From: Verrucomicrobiota bacterium
GTDB taxonomy: Bacteria > Verrucomicrobiota > Verrucomicrobiia > JABWAM01 > JAHFSZ01
Reading direction: 5' to 3'
NCBI GenBank assembly: GCA_023265515.1
Contig: JAHFSZ010000003.1
Coordinates: forward strand, 22,889 to 68,953
DNA: 46,065 nucleotides
Position numbers and translations under genes: made by a program. The stretch's first letter is position 1, and each line of letters opens with the position of its first letter. Positions 16,130-25,646 of this stretch are shown one piece after another. A model generated the notes under the pieces. The model had not been told where the DNA came from. It saw only the letters and a list, made by a program, of their open reading frames with translations, and did no database searches.

Positions 16130-18277
16130 ATGAGTCCGAAGCATCTTAAATTTCTTCTCGCGTTCCACTGCCACCAGCCGGTCGGCAACTACGAGCACGT
16201 TTTCGAGGACTGCTTCCAGAAGTGTTACCGCCCGCTGGTCGAGGCGCTGGCCGCTTTTCCGCAACTTCGCTTTTCGCTGCACTATTCCGGGCCGCTGCTC
16301 GGCTTCATCGAAAAAAAGCATCCTGAAAATCTTGAGCTGCTTCGCGTCATGACCGCGCGCGGCCAGGTCGAATGGATCGGCGGCGGTTTTTATGAGCCGA
16401 TCCTGCCGACGATTCCCGCTCGTGACGCCGTGGCGCAGATCCTCAAAATGCGGAAATGGATCGCGGACCATTTCAATTTTGATACGCGTGGCCTCTGGCT
16501 GACGGAGCGCGTCTGGGAGCCCGGTCTGCCGACGATCCTGCAGGAATCCGGCGTCGAATTCACCATGCTCGACGACACGCATTTCCTCAGCGCAGGCATT
16601 CATCCCCGCGACATGCTCGGATACTATCGGACGGAGGACAACGGGCACGCCGTCGACGTTTTCCCGATCGACTGGAGCCTGCGAAAATCGATTCCATTCC
16701 ATTCACTCGATGAGACGTTCGGTTATTTCTGGGAGCTGAAGGAGCGTGCCGCGGGCCAGTCCGTGACCCTCGGCGACGATGGCGAGAAATTCGGCGTCTG
16801 GCCGGGCACCCACAAGCACGTTTATGAGGAAAAATACTTGGAGCGTTTTCTCGACCGGCTCCAAAAGTCGTCGGACTGGCTCAAGACCGCGCACTTTGCC
16901 GACATCCGGGCCGCCCAGCCTCCCAGAGGCATGATCTACATGCCGACCGCCTCCTATCCGGAAATGATGGAATGGGCCCTGCCGTATGACGCGCGCGTCA
17001 CCTACGAGGAGTTGGCGAAAGAAATCAAGGGGCGCAGCGACCATGAGCGATTTGAGAGATTCATGCGCGGGGCGCACTGGCGGAATTTTTTTGCCAAATA
17101 TCCCGAGAGCAACCTGATGCATAAAAAGATGCTCTATCTCAGCGACAAGCTTAACCAGAGCAAGAGGAGCGTTTCCAAAGGCCTGAAAAACGGTGTTGCG
17201 CGCGCTTACGATGCGCTTTGGCAGGGGCAGTGTAACTGCGCGTACTGGCACGGCCTCTTTGGCGGGCTTTACCTGCGTCACCTGCGCGAGGGAATCTACC
17301 GCCAGCTTCTTGGCGCCGAACTCGAACTCAAGCGCCTCACGAAGGACGGAGGGACGGTTGCGATCGAGAGGATGGACTTCGACTGTGATGGCCGCGAGGA
17401 AATTCTGGTGTCGGGGCCGGTGATGAATCTCTACATCCAGCCGCATTATGGGGGCAGTGCCTTCGAGTTCGACGTTTTGCCGCGCCGGGCCAACCTTCTG
17501 AATGTTCTGACCCGCCGGCCGGAGCCGTATCATCTCCACATTCGTGCGGCCGAAAAATCCAGAGAGGATACATTCGGGTCGATTCACGATCTTAACCGGG
17601 TCAAGGAGAAGGGCCTTGAAAAGAAAATCGTCCACGACTGGCACCTGAAGCGCTTGTTCCTCGACCACTTGATCGCGCCTGACGTCACGCTGGAGCGATT
17701 CGCGCGAGCCGACTCAGGAGAGTACGGCGACTTCGTCAACCAGCCCTACCGGGTGCTCGAGACGTCGAACCCTCCGACGGGCGGCGCCAGAATCCGGATG
17801 GAGCGGGAGGGAGGCATTTATCGAGACGGGGTCCTTTCTCCCGTGACGATTTGCAAAACCTATCACATCCAGAGGGAGAGCGGACGCGTGGAGTACGAAG
17901 TCGTCGCGCCCGAGCCTTTTCCCGGGACCGTCCGGATGGTCTTCGGCATCGAACTGAATTTCATCCCCCCGGAGGCCATTTCAAAGGGACAGCACCTGCT
18001 GATTAACCATGACGTCCAGCTGGGTCTCGCGGACCAGAAAGAGGTTCGCGATGTCGAATCGCTTATTCTCATCGATGGGCCCGGGAAAATGAAACTTATT
18101 TTTGGGGCGGCCGAGAGGTTTCACTTATGGACTTTCCCGGTCGAGACGGTTTCGCAGTCGGAAAGCGGCTTGGAGCGCACCTATCAGGGGACATCGGCAC
18201 TTTTGTGGCGCCCTCTGGAATTAAGAGCCGAACAAAAACATAAAATCACACTTGAATTCAGGTTGGCGCTCGCCTAG
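16130..18277 (+). CDS. GH57 alpha-amylase/4-alpha-glucanotransferase (with DUF1925/DUF1926-type C-terminus)
   Basis: HCHQPVGN, GGGFYEPIL, GLWLTERVWEP (catalytic Glu), GDDGEKFG.WP (catalytic Asp), ASYPEMMEW, QCNCAYWHGLFGG, SQSE.G....YQG. Confidence 0.93.
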   Translation: MSPKHLKFLLAFHCHQPVGNYEHVFEDCFQKCYRPLVEALAAFPQLRFSLHYSGPLLGFIEKKHPENLELLRVMTARGQVEWIGGGFYEPILPTIPARDAVAQILKMRKWIADHFNFDTRGLWLTERVWEPGLPTILQESGVEFTMLDDTHFLSAGIHPRDMLGYYRTEDNGHAVDVFPIDWSLRKSIPFHSLDETFGYFWELKERAAGQSVTLGDDGEKFGVWPGTHKHVYEEKYLERFLDRLQKSSDWLKTAHFADIRAAQPPRGMIYMPTASYPEMMEWALPYDARVTYEELAKEIKGRSDHERFERFMRGAHWRNFFAKYPESNLMHKKMLYLSDKLNQSKRSVSKGLKNGVARAYDALWQGQCNCAYWHGLFGGLYLRHLREGIYRQLLGAELELKRLTKDGGTVAIERMDFDCDGREEILVSGPVMNLYIQPHYGGSAFEFDVLPRRANLLNVLTRRPEPYHLHIRAAEKSREDTFGSIHDLNRVKEKGLEKKIVHDWHLKRLFLDHLIAPDVTLERFARADSGEYGDFVNQPYRVLETSNPPTGGARIRMEREGGIYRDGVLSPVTICKTYHIQRESGRVEYEVVAPEPFPGTVRMVFGIELNFIPPEAISKGQHLLINHDVQLGLADQKEVRDVESLILIDGPGKMKLIFGAAERFHLWTFPVETVSQSESGLERTYQGTSALLWRPLELRAEQKHKITLEFRLALA

Positions 18278-18294
18278 TAAGAGGAAGGAAATTT

Positions 18295-18648
18295 ATGAAA
18301 AAAATCAGCACTCTCTTTTTGGCTTTTATTTTGACGATCGTCACATCCAGTTGCGTCACCGGGGGCGGAAAGGAAAAGGCGGCGAGCAATCCTCCTCCGC
18401 CTCCTCCCGAGGAACAGGCGCCTGCTCCGGATGGCACCGGATCATCCGCGCCGACCGAAGGCAGTGGCGCGGTGGATATCGACAAACTTCCCAAGAAGAA
18501 GGGCTATCCATATGGCATCAAGACAAGTACGACAGGCCTGGTCAAGAGCCCGTACGCTCCTGATAAGGAGCTCGTGGACGTGAGCCGCTTCCAGTCGGGG
18601 AACTTCGTCCGTTGTCCTCATACCGGAAAAATATTTGTAGTTCCCTGA
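18295..18648 (+). CDS. Small lipoprotein with Pro-rich linker
   Basis: MKK.. signal with lipobox TSSC, PPPPPP linker, compact C-terminal VKSPY..VDV...VRCPHTGKIFVVP; SD-like GAGGAAGG upstream. Confidence 0.8.
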   Translation: MKKISTLFLAFILTIVTSSCVTGGGKEKAASNPPPPPPEEQAPAPDGTGSSAPTEGSGAVDIDKLPKKKGYPYGIKTSTTGLVKSPYAPDKELVDVSRFQSGNFVRCPHTGKIFVVP

Positions 18649-18651
18649 GCC

Positions 18652-19056
18652 GTGGGAGTCAGAAAACTGCTTCACACCCGCTACCGGGTGGATGATCTGG
18701 AGAAGACGGTCCGGTTCTACAAGGACATCCTCGGCCTCGAGGAGGTTGCGCGGCACAAATCCGCTCGCGGCTCAGAGCTGGTTTTCTTCAAGGCCCCGCA
18801 GAGCGAGGAACTTATCGAGATCTGCTGTTATCCCAAGAGTGGCCCAGTCAAGGTCCAGCCGGATCTGACGCACCTGGCGTTCGAGGTCGACGACATGGAG
18901 GCCTTCGCCAAGAATTTGTCCGCCCGGGGAGTTTCGCTCTCTGAGCCGCCTTCCGCTTCATCCTCCGGAAGTGTCATCGCTTTTCTGGACGCTCCTGAAG
19001 GCTACGAGATCGAGTTGATTCAGCGCGCAAAAAAACCGAACGCGGCAAGGGTTTAG
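18652..19056 (+). CDS. VOC/glyoxalase family protein (lactoylglutathione lyase-like)
   Basis: LLHTRYRVDDLEKTVRFY..ILG, HLAFEVDD, AFLDAPEGYEIELIQ. Confidence 0.88.
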   Translation: MGVRKLLHTRYRVDDLEKTVRFYKDILGLEEVARHKSARGSELVFFKAPQSEELIEICCYPKSGPVKVQPDLTHLAFEVDDMEAFAKNLSARGVSLSEPPSASSSGSVIAFLDAPEGYEIELIQRAKKPNAARV

Positions 19057-19074
19057 CGGAGACGCGGCCCGATT

Positions 19075-19599
19075 TCAGAGGTTTCGTTGCCCGACCCCGG
19101 AAAGCTGTTTGGGGTGGCCGGTTTTGTTTGCCGGCAACTGATTGTAGCGCGACAGTTTGCCGAACAGCATCTCGTTCCGGGCCCGATAGATCCGCCTCAG
19201 GTAGCTCCGAAAGAAGAACTGGTTAAACCACATTCCGGCGCTTCCCGCGGGAAAACGGTAAAGGATGCATTCGGTGACGCGGGTCCCGCCGGGGATCGAC
19301 TCGAAATAGAAATCATGCTCCCAGCAAGGCAGCACGCTTTTTTGCCAAATGTAGGAAAAATGCCGGTTGACGCTGTAGGAATTGACATACGACACCCATT
19401 GAAGTGGGAACCCGAAAAAGCGCGCCTGGAGCGAAAGCGAACAGCCGCTCCCCAGATAACGACCCGATCTTTTCTGAAGCTTAAATCCGAGGTGACTCGG
19501 AAATAGACTCAGGAAAAAATCTGTATCTGTGAGCGACTTGAATACTTTTTCAACCGGCGAACCAAAATCGATCTTTTCACTGAAAACGCACAACCCCAT
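19075..19599 (-). CDS. SRPBCC (polyketide cyclase/START-like) family protein
   Basis: SPVEKVF..., FPLQW, WEHDFYFE...GGTRVTECILYRFP.G..G pattern typical of the family. Confidence 0.7.
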   Translation of the reverse strand: MGLCVFSEKIDFGSPVEKVFKSLTDTDFFLSLFPSHLGFKLQKRSGRYLGSGCSLSLQARFFGFPLQWVSYVNSYSVNRHFSYIWQKSVLPCWEHDFYFESIPGGTRVTECILYRFPAGSAGMWFNQFFFRSYLRRIYRARNEMLFGKLSRYNQLPANKTGHPKQLSGVGQRNL

Positions 19600-19747
19600 A
19601 CTGCTTTTCCAAACTCTGCGATGTATTGGTTAACCAGCCCGTGAACGGAAACGCTGGATATCCGCTTGTGCTATGCACAACATCCGCCTAATGGTAATGG
19701 GTTGTGATCCAATTTACAAGCCATCATATGCGGGGAGATGCCCTGTG

Positions 19748-20407
19748 ATGAAGAAAATGATCGCCGCTTCGATTCTTGCCGGCGATTTCGGCCATTTTGC
19801 CGAGGAAGCCCGGCGGGCCGAGCTTGCCGGGGCCGACTGGCTCCATCTTGACATCATGGACGGCCACTTCGTCCCGAATATCAGTTTCGGGCCGGGTGTG
19901 GCGGCCGCCGTCAAAAAAAACACCCGTCTGCCGCTCGACGTCCACCTGATGATCACGCACCCCCAGAATTACCTGGAGGCTTTCATCAAGGCTGGGGCGG
20001 CGAGCATCAGCGTCCACATCGAGGCGGAACATCCGGTCAACGAGACGCTCGGGCGGATCCGGAAAGCCGGGTTGCGCGCGGGCCTCGCGATCAACCCGGA
20101 AACGCCGATCGAGAGCCTCGCGAGCGTAGATTGGAAGCTTGTCGACATCGTGCTCTGCATGACGGTCCATCCCGGTTTTGGAGGGCAGGCGTTCCTCGAT
20201 GATGTCCTGACGAAAGTCCGCGAGCTTGCCCGGCGGCGCGACGCCGAAAAACGGCCTTACGATATCGAAGTTGACGGCGGCATCAACAATGAGACGGCCA
20301 GGCGCGCCGCGCAGGCCGGAGCCAACGTCATGGTCGCGGGAACGTCGCTTTTTTCACGCCAGGACATGAAGCAAGCGGTCGAGGAGATGCGCCGGGCGAT
20401 CGCGTGA
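19748..20407 (+). CDS. rpe: Ribulose-phosphate 3-epimerase
   Basis: IAASIL..DF, HLDIMDGHFVPNISFG, DVHLMI, MTVHPGFGGQ, EVDGGI, VAGT. Confidence 0.97.
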   Translation: MKKMIAASILAGDFGHFAEEARRAELAGADWLHLDIMDGHFVPNISFGPGVAAAVKKNTRLPLDVHLMITHPQNYLEAFIKAGAASISVHIEAEHPVNETLGRIRKAGLRAGLAINPETPIESLASVDWKLVDIVLCMTVHPGFGGQAFLDDVLTKVRELARRRDAEKRPYDIEVDGGINNETARRAAQAGANVMVAGTSLFSRQDMKQAVEEMRRAIA

Positions 20408-20438
20408 TCCGCCCGAACCTTCATCTGATCCTTTTGCC

Positions 20439-22235
20439 ATGAGCGAGCTTCCGATCCGAAATTTCTGCATCATTGCCCACATCGACCATGGCAAGACGAC
20501 CCTTTCGGACCGGCTTTTGGAAAAAACGCATACGATCGCCATGCGCGAGATGCGCGATCAAATGCTCGATGGAATGGACCTGGAACGCGAGCGCGGCATC
20601 ACCATCAAGGCCCACCCGGTCAACATGAAGTACACGGCCAAGAACGGCCGGACTTACGAACTCAACCTGATCGACACTCCCGGGCACGTCGATTTCGCCT
20701 ACGAAGTTTCGCGGAGTCTGGCAGCGTGCGAGGGCGCCCTGCTGATCGTGGACGCGGCGCAGGGCGTGGAGGCGCAGACGGTGGCCAATGTGCACATGGC
20801 GATGAAGCAGAAGCTGCCGATCATTCCGGTGATCAACAAGGTCGATCTGCCAACAGCCGATATTCCCAACGTAAAGCACCAGCTTGAAGAGATCCTGGCG
20901 ATCCCGGGCGAGGATGCAATCCTTTGCAGCGCCAAATCAGGAATCGGGATCGACGAGGTTCTTGAAGCAGTGATCGACCGAATTCCGGCCCCCGAGGACA
21001 ACCGGAAAGCGCCACTCCAGGCGCTTGTCTTCGACAGCATGTTCGATTCCTTCCGGGGTGTGGTGGTCCATGTCCGGGTCTTCGCCGGTGAGCTTGTTCC
21101 GGGCATGTCCATCCGGCTGATGGGTGCTGGAGAGAACTACGAGGTCAAGAGCGTGGGTGTTTTCACACCGAAGCCCGAAGAGCGGGAGAGATTGGGCACT
21201 GGGAGCGCCGGTTACGTCATCGCCAATATCAAGACCCCTTCCGAGGTCAGAATTGGTGAAACAATCACCAGCGTGAAGCATCCGGCAAAGCATCCTCTGC
21301 CCGGATTCCAGGAGGTTCATCCAATGGTCTTCAGCGGCATTTATCCGCTGAACACGACGGACTACGAGCGCCTCAAGGTCAGCCTGGGCAAGCTCCAGTT
21401 GAACGACTCCTCGTTTGTTTTTCAATCAGAAAGCTCGGTGGCGCTTGGTTTCGGCTACCGGTGCGGATTCCTTGGCTTGCTTCACATGGAGATCATCCAG
21501 GAGCGACTTCGCCGCGAGTTTGATCTGGACATCATTTCCACTTACCCGAGCGTTATCTATCGCGTCGTGCGCAGCAACGGTCAGGTGCTCGAGATCGACA
21601 ACCCGGCTTTCATGCCGGACCCCTCCGTCATCGATCACATCGAGGAGCCGTATGTGCGGGTCTTTCTGATGACCCCGAACGATTCGATGGGCGACTTGAT
21701 GGGTCTTGTCATGGAACGGCGCGGCGTCTGCAAGCGGACCGAGTCGATCGATTCGCACCGCGTCATGTTGACGTGCGAAATGCCGCTCAACGAAATCCTT
21801 GTCGATTTCAGCGACAAGATCAAGACGATCACTCGCGGGTATGGCTCGATGGATTACGAGCACATGGGCCACCGTGAAGGCGACCTGGTCAAGCTCGATA
21901 TCCTGGTGAACCACGAGCCCGTGGATGCCTTCTCAAGCATCGTCCATCGTGAGAAAGCGGAATACCGGGGCCGCAGGCTTGCTGAAAAGCTCAAGGAGGT
22001 GATCCCGCAACAGCTCTTTACCATCGCCATTCAGGCGGCGATCGGCGGAAAGATCATCGCGCGGGAAACCGTCAAGTCGATGGGAAAGAACGTCACGGCA
22101 AAGTGCTATGGCGGCGACATCTCACGGAAGCGAAAGCTTTGGGAAAAGCAGAAGGAAGGCAAGAAGCGCATGAAGCAAATTGGGAAGGTGAACATCCCGC
22201 AGTCGGCATTCATTGCCGTGCTTAAAAATGATTAG
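20439..22235 (+). CDS. lepA: Elongation factor 4
   Basis: IRNFCIIAHIDHGKTTL, DTPGHVDF, NKVD, RCGFLGLLH, KCYGGDISRKRKL. Confidence 0.98.
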   Translation: MSELPIRNFCIIAHIDHGKTTLSDRLLEKTHTIAMREMRDQMLDGMDLERERGITIKAHPVNMKYTAKNGRTYELNLIDTPGHVDFAYEVSRSLAACEGALLIVDAAQGVEAQTVANVHMAMKQKLPIIPVINKVDLPTADIPNVKHQLEEILAIPGEDAILCSAKSGIGIDEVLEAVIDRIPAPEDNRKAPLQALVFDSMFDSFRGVVVHVRVFAGELVPGMSIRLMGAGENYEVKSVGVFTPKPEERERLGTGSAGYVIANIKTPSEVRIGETITSVKHPAKHPLPGFQEVHPMVFSGIYPLNTTDYERLKVSLGKLQLNDSSFVFQSESSVALGFGYRCGFLGLLHMEIIQERLRREFDLDIISTYPSVIYRVVRSNGQVLEIDNPAFMPDPSVIDHIEEPYVRVFLMTPNDSMGDLMGLVMERRGVCKRTESIDSHRVMLTCEMPLNEILVDFSDKIKTITRGYGSMDYEHMGHREGDLVKLDILVNHEPVDAFSSIVHREKAEYRGRRLAEKLKEVIPQQLFTIAIQAAIGGKIIARETVKSMGKNVTAKCYGGDISRKRKLWEKQKEGKKRMKQIGKVNIPQSAFIAVLKND

Positions 22236-22267
22236 GAAGATGAAGATTTCCTGATAATAGTCCTCGC

Positions 22268-23497
22268 ATGTTCTGTTTTACTCAACGTTCAAAACTCCGC
22301 AAACAGCTCCGCGATACAGTGGCCTTCATCCACAAGCGGATCCGGATCGACCGTGACCTGATGACCGCCAAGGAGATCATTCTCCTGCACAACGCGGCCG
22401 ACGAGGCGATGATGGGCTTCCGTGAAAAAACCGTCCCCCAGATGGAAAAGGAGATCGAGCGGCTCAACCAGGTTTACCAGAAAATCTTCCCGCCGCAGCC
22501 CGACCATTGGATCCGGGAGAACGGCGAGGTGTTCCTCGTCGCAATCCTGGTGGCCATGGCTTTTCGCGCCTACTTCCTCCAGCCGTTCCGGATTCCGACC
22601 GGCTCCATGCAGCCGACGCTCTACGGGGTTTTTCTGGAACAGAGCACCGTGGCGCCTCCGCCGAAGGCGCCCATCCGGTGGCTGCAGGGAATCCTTTTTG
22701 GAAAGAAGTACGTCTATGCGATGAACGAGGAGCGTGGCAGCATCAAGACGACCTATCTCCAGTGGGGTGGAAAATTCGGGCTCGTGCCCGAGATTACCGA
22801 AAAACCAGCCTGGCCGATGTTCGGATGGTGGCGATGGCTCTTTCCCGCCTCGGAGTTTACGATGGGGGACCGGCATTTCACGGTACCTGTCACGCGCGAC
22901 CAGCTCATGGAAATGCTCAATGAGCGAATCAAGAAGAAAGGCGAGTGGAGCGAGGACCCGGTTTTCGAGAAGGGGGAGATTGTCTTGAACTATCAGGTGA
23001 TCAATGGCGACCATCTGTTTGTCGACCGCTTCTCTTATAATTTCATCAGGCCGGAACGCGGCGACATTTTCGTGTTCGAGACCAAGGGCATCCCCGTGAG
23101 CGGCGTCGGACAGTTCTACATCAAACGATGCGTCGGCCTTCCCAACGAGACCATACAGATCAGGAACGACGACCACATTTACATCAATGGGAAGGCGATC
23201 CCCTCCGAGGGACCGTTCAAAAAAATTTATTCCAAACAGGATGGTTACATGGGCCATCTCAACCTGCGACGCTTTCATGAGCTGAAGCCGGACCAGCCGG
23301 TTTCTCCGAATGAATCCCATCTTTTGGATCAGAATGACTCGTTTCGAATTCCTCCGAAGTCTTACTGGGCGATGGGCGATAACACGACCCGCAGCGCGGA
23401 CAGTCGTTACTGGGGGCCCGTTCCGGAAAAAAATCTCGTCGGTCGCGCCTTCTTCGTTTACTGGCCGTTCGGCAAGCGCTGGGGAATTCCGGAGTAA
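22268..23497 (+). CDS. lepB: Signal peptidase I, long PVC-type form
   Basis: IPTGSMQPTL (Ser), YIKRCVGLP (Lys), MGDNTTRSADSRYWG; follows lepA; ~80-aa N-terminal extension and a large insert. Confidence 0.95.
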   Translation: MFCFTQRSKLRKQLRDTVAFIHKRIRIDRDLMTAKEIILLHNAADEAMMGFREKTVPQMEKEIERLNQVYQKIFPPQPDHWIRENGEVFLVAILVAMAFRAYFLQPFRIPTGSMQPTLYGVFLEQSTVAPPPKAPIRWLQGILFGKKYVYAMNEERGSIKTTYLQWGGKFGLVPEITEKPAWPMFGWWRWLFPASEFTMGDRHFTVPVTRDQLMEMLNERIKKKGEWSEDPVFEKGEIVLNYQVINGDHLFVDRFSYNFIRPERGDIFVFETKGIPVSGVGQFYIKRCVGLPNETIQIRNDDHIYINGKAIPSEGPFKKIYSKQDGYMGHLNLRRFHELKPDQPVSPNESHLLDQNDSFRIPPKSYWAMGDNTTRSADSRYWGPVPEKNLVGRAFFVYWPFGKRWGIPE

Positions 23498-23541
23498 ATT
23501 TTTTAAGACATTCGCGCCCGCGCCTCCGTGCAGCTTTGCGT

Positions 23542-23559
23542 TTGACTTCACTTCGTCAA
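23542..23559. promoter_or_regulatory. Palindromic candidate operator TTGAC-N8-GTCAA upstream of the barrel/FecR cluster
   Basis: TTGAC TTCACTTC GTCAA in the 115-bp lepB-barrel gap; the left half doubles as a -35-like TTGACT. Confidence 0.3.
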
Positions 23560-23612
23560 GCGAGTTGAATGGCCTCCTGCATGGCTGCGGCGTCTGAAAC
23601 GGAGATGAGCAG

Positions 23613-24554
23613 ATGATCCGGAAATTTTTAAACCAAAGCACACTTACTTTTGTCGTTTTTTTGTCGCTGGCCTCAGCTTCGTTCGGCCAGTCCACCAATT
23701 ATGTGGAGAAGTCATCGATCGAGGAGGAGTTGGGGTCCGCCGCGTCCGGGGTCAACAACCCGGCTGTTAATGTCGGCTCGAGAGTCGTGGGCGCGGCCGT
23801 GGCGTCCCTCACGAGCGGGGCACCCAAGTCTCAGGGCTTCCAGTTCAAGGACCCGGTGATCTCGCCCAGCGGCACCTACCGGTATTATCACGATTCATCG
23901 ACTCCTGCGGGTTTTGGCGGCCATGACTGGAGCGCTGAGTTCAGCCTCGACGCGGACATCTACGACGGGCTGATCACGGGCGTCTTTTACCAGCGTCTCA
24001 CCCGGAACGGCCACAACAGCACGGGGACGAGCGAGGATCTCGATTCGGACTCCGTTTCGCTGTATGCGGCCAAACGCTTCATCGATTTGATCAACGCCGG
24101 CGCCGCCTACAATCTCTCCATCGCCGACCACGACCTGCAGGGCACCGCCATCGCCAGCCTGGACCGGACTTCCAACGGTTTCACCGCCTTCACCGGCGTC
24201 AGCGATAAGCTGGACGACTGGTTTCTATCGAGCACGCTGTCATTTACTTACGCCCATGACAACTACCGGGTCCAGCCATACCTGGATACGGGGCTCATCA
24301 CCCTGGCCAATGAGGTGAGCTACGACGTGGTCGACTTTTTCACCCTGGGCCTTGCGTTCAGCTACAACAACTTCGTCATCCAGGACACGTTTCCCGGTGT
24401 GACCGCGGTGGACGATGATTACTGGATGGTCGGTCCGCGTTTCCGCTTTTTTCCGACGGATGAATTGACGGTGAGCCTCGATCTCGACACGGAGGAGGGG
24501 TTCAGGCATTATGATGCTTACACCGTGCGTGTCGGGTGCAACTATGCGTTCTAA
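23613..24554 (+). CDS. Outer-membrane beta-barrel, autotransporter-beta-domain-like, without a passenger domain
   Basis: Sec signal (..ASASFG), a short segment of ~55 aa, then ~240 aa of alternating amphipathic strands; ends VRVGCNYAF (C-terminal Phe beta-signal). Confidence 0.8.
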   Translation: MIRKFLNQSTLTFVVFLSLASASFGQSTNYVEKSSIEEELGSAASGVNNPAVNVGSRVVGAAVASLTSGAPKSQGFQFKDPVISPSGTYRYYHDSSTPAGFGGHDWSAEFSLDADIYDGLITGVFYQRLTRNGHNSTGTSEDLDSDSVSLYAAKRFIDLINAGAAYNLSIADHDLQGTAIASLDRTSNGFTAFTGVSDKLDDWFLSSTLSFTYAHDNYRVQPYLDTGLITLANEVSYDVVDFFTLGLAFSYNNFVIQDTFPGVTAVDDDYWMVGPRFRFFPTDELTVSLDLDTEEGFRHYDAYTVRVGCNYAF

Positions 24555-25629
24555 AAGACCGGCCGTTGTCGGCTGGTTTTCCGCTCTGGGCATCTTTCTT
24601 TTGGCGCAGGCTTTCGCGTTGAAAGCCGAGCCGTTTGACCAGTTCACCGTCGAAAAAATCCGCGGTGACTCGTGCGACATCAAGGCCAAAGGCGCGCAGG
24701 ATTGGGGGAAGGCCGCCGAGGGCGCCGTCCACCCGGCAGGCTCGGCGGGCAGGACGGGCGGCGGCAGCACGATCACGCTGGCGTTCGACGAGAAGAACCG
24801 CTTCCGCATCCTTCCCCACACCGAGGTTGTTGTCAGTGTTTCGACGCGCGACGCGCGATTTCGCAAGGTGATCGACCTGTCGATGAAGGCGGGCAACGTT
24901 GAAGTCGATCTGGATGCCTTTCCGGAAAACTATCAATTTAAAGTGCAAACGCCCACGGCGGTCTGCGGCGCGGTCGGCACGCGTTTCAAGGTCGAGACCA
25001 GTGCCGGCCGGAATAACTCCTTCCAGACCGAGCAAGGGTCGATCTTTGCCGGGTCGCGCGAGGACGGCAGTTTCTACGCTCCGTCGATCAAGGCCGGCCA
25101 GAAGCTCGAGGCGGATGCCGCCCCGGGCCGGGAAAACTCCTACACGCGTCTGAAGGTCGAGGGGGGCAAGATGCCGGTGGCTTTTGGCTCGCGTGACCGG
25201 AATATGGATGTCGGCGATGGAAGCGTCGTCAAGACGGCCCAGGAGCGCAGCAGCAGCACGGGCCAGGTGGCTTTGAAGGTGGAGGGCGGATCCGTCGGCG
25301 GGCGCGGGTCGGGCCAGTACGTGATGAAGGACGGCAAGATCGAGGACCTTTCCGACGATCATGCTGGCGCCGGCCTGGTTGACGATTATGTCTCGCTGGC
25401 GGAAAAGGAAGGCGCCCTCCAGGCAAGACTCGAAAAGGCGAAGGCTGCGGGGGCTTCCGCATCCGAAATTTCGGGTTTGGAACAGGAGTTGAACGAGGCG
25501 GCGCAGAAAGCGACTGAAAAGCGCAAGGCGCTCTTCCAGCACCGGGATGTGATCCGCCGCGCGGTCCGCAGCGGCGTCGACGCCATCCGCAACCGGCCGG
25601 CCCAGGCTCCCCGCAGTCCCAGCCACTGA
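24544..25629 (+). CDS. Exported FecR-domain protein with C-terminal helical/coiled-coil region
   Basis: Signal peptide (..AQAFA); RTGGGSTITLAFD..RILPHTEV, L..G.V, FKVQTPTAVCGAVGTRFKV (FecR signature). Start ATG 24544 overlaps the barrel stop by 11 nt. Confidence 0.85.
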   Translation: MRSKRPAVVGWFSALGIFLLAQAFALKAEPFDQFTVEKIRGDSCDIKAKGAQDWGKAAEGAVHPAGSAGRTGGGSTITLAFDEKNRFRILPHTEVVVSVSTRDARFRKVIDLSMKAGNVEVDLDAFPENYQFKVQTPTAVCGAVGTRFKVETSAGRNNSFQTEQGSIFAGSREDGSFYAPSIKAGQKLEADAAPGRENSYTRLKVEGGKMPVAFGSRDRNMDVGDGSVVKTAQERSSSTGQVALKVEGGSVGGRGSGQYVMKDGKIEDLSDDHAGAGLVDDYVSLAEKEGALQARLEKAKAAGASASEISGLEQELNEAAQKATEKRKALFQHRDVIRRAVRSGVDAIRNRPAQAPRSPSH

Positions 25630-25646
25630 GACCGGGACTTTTCACC

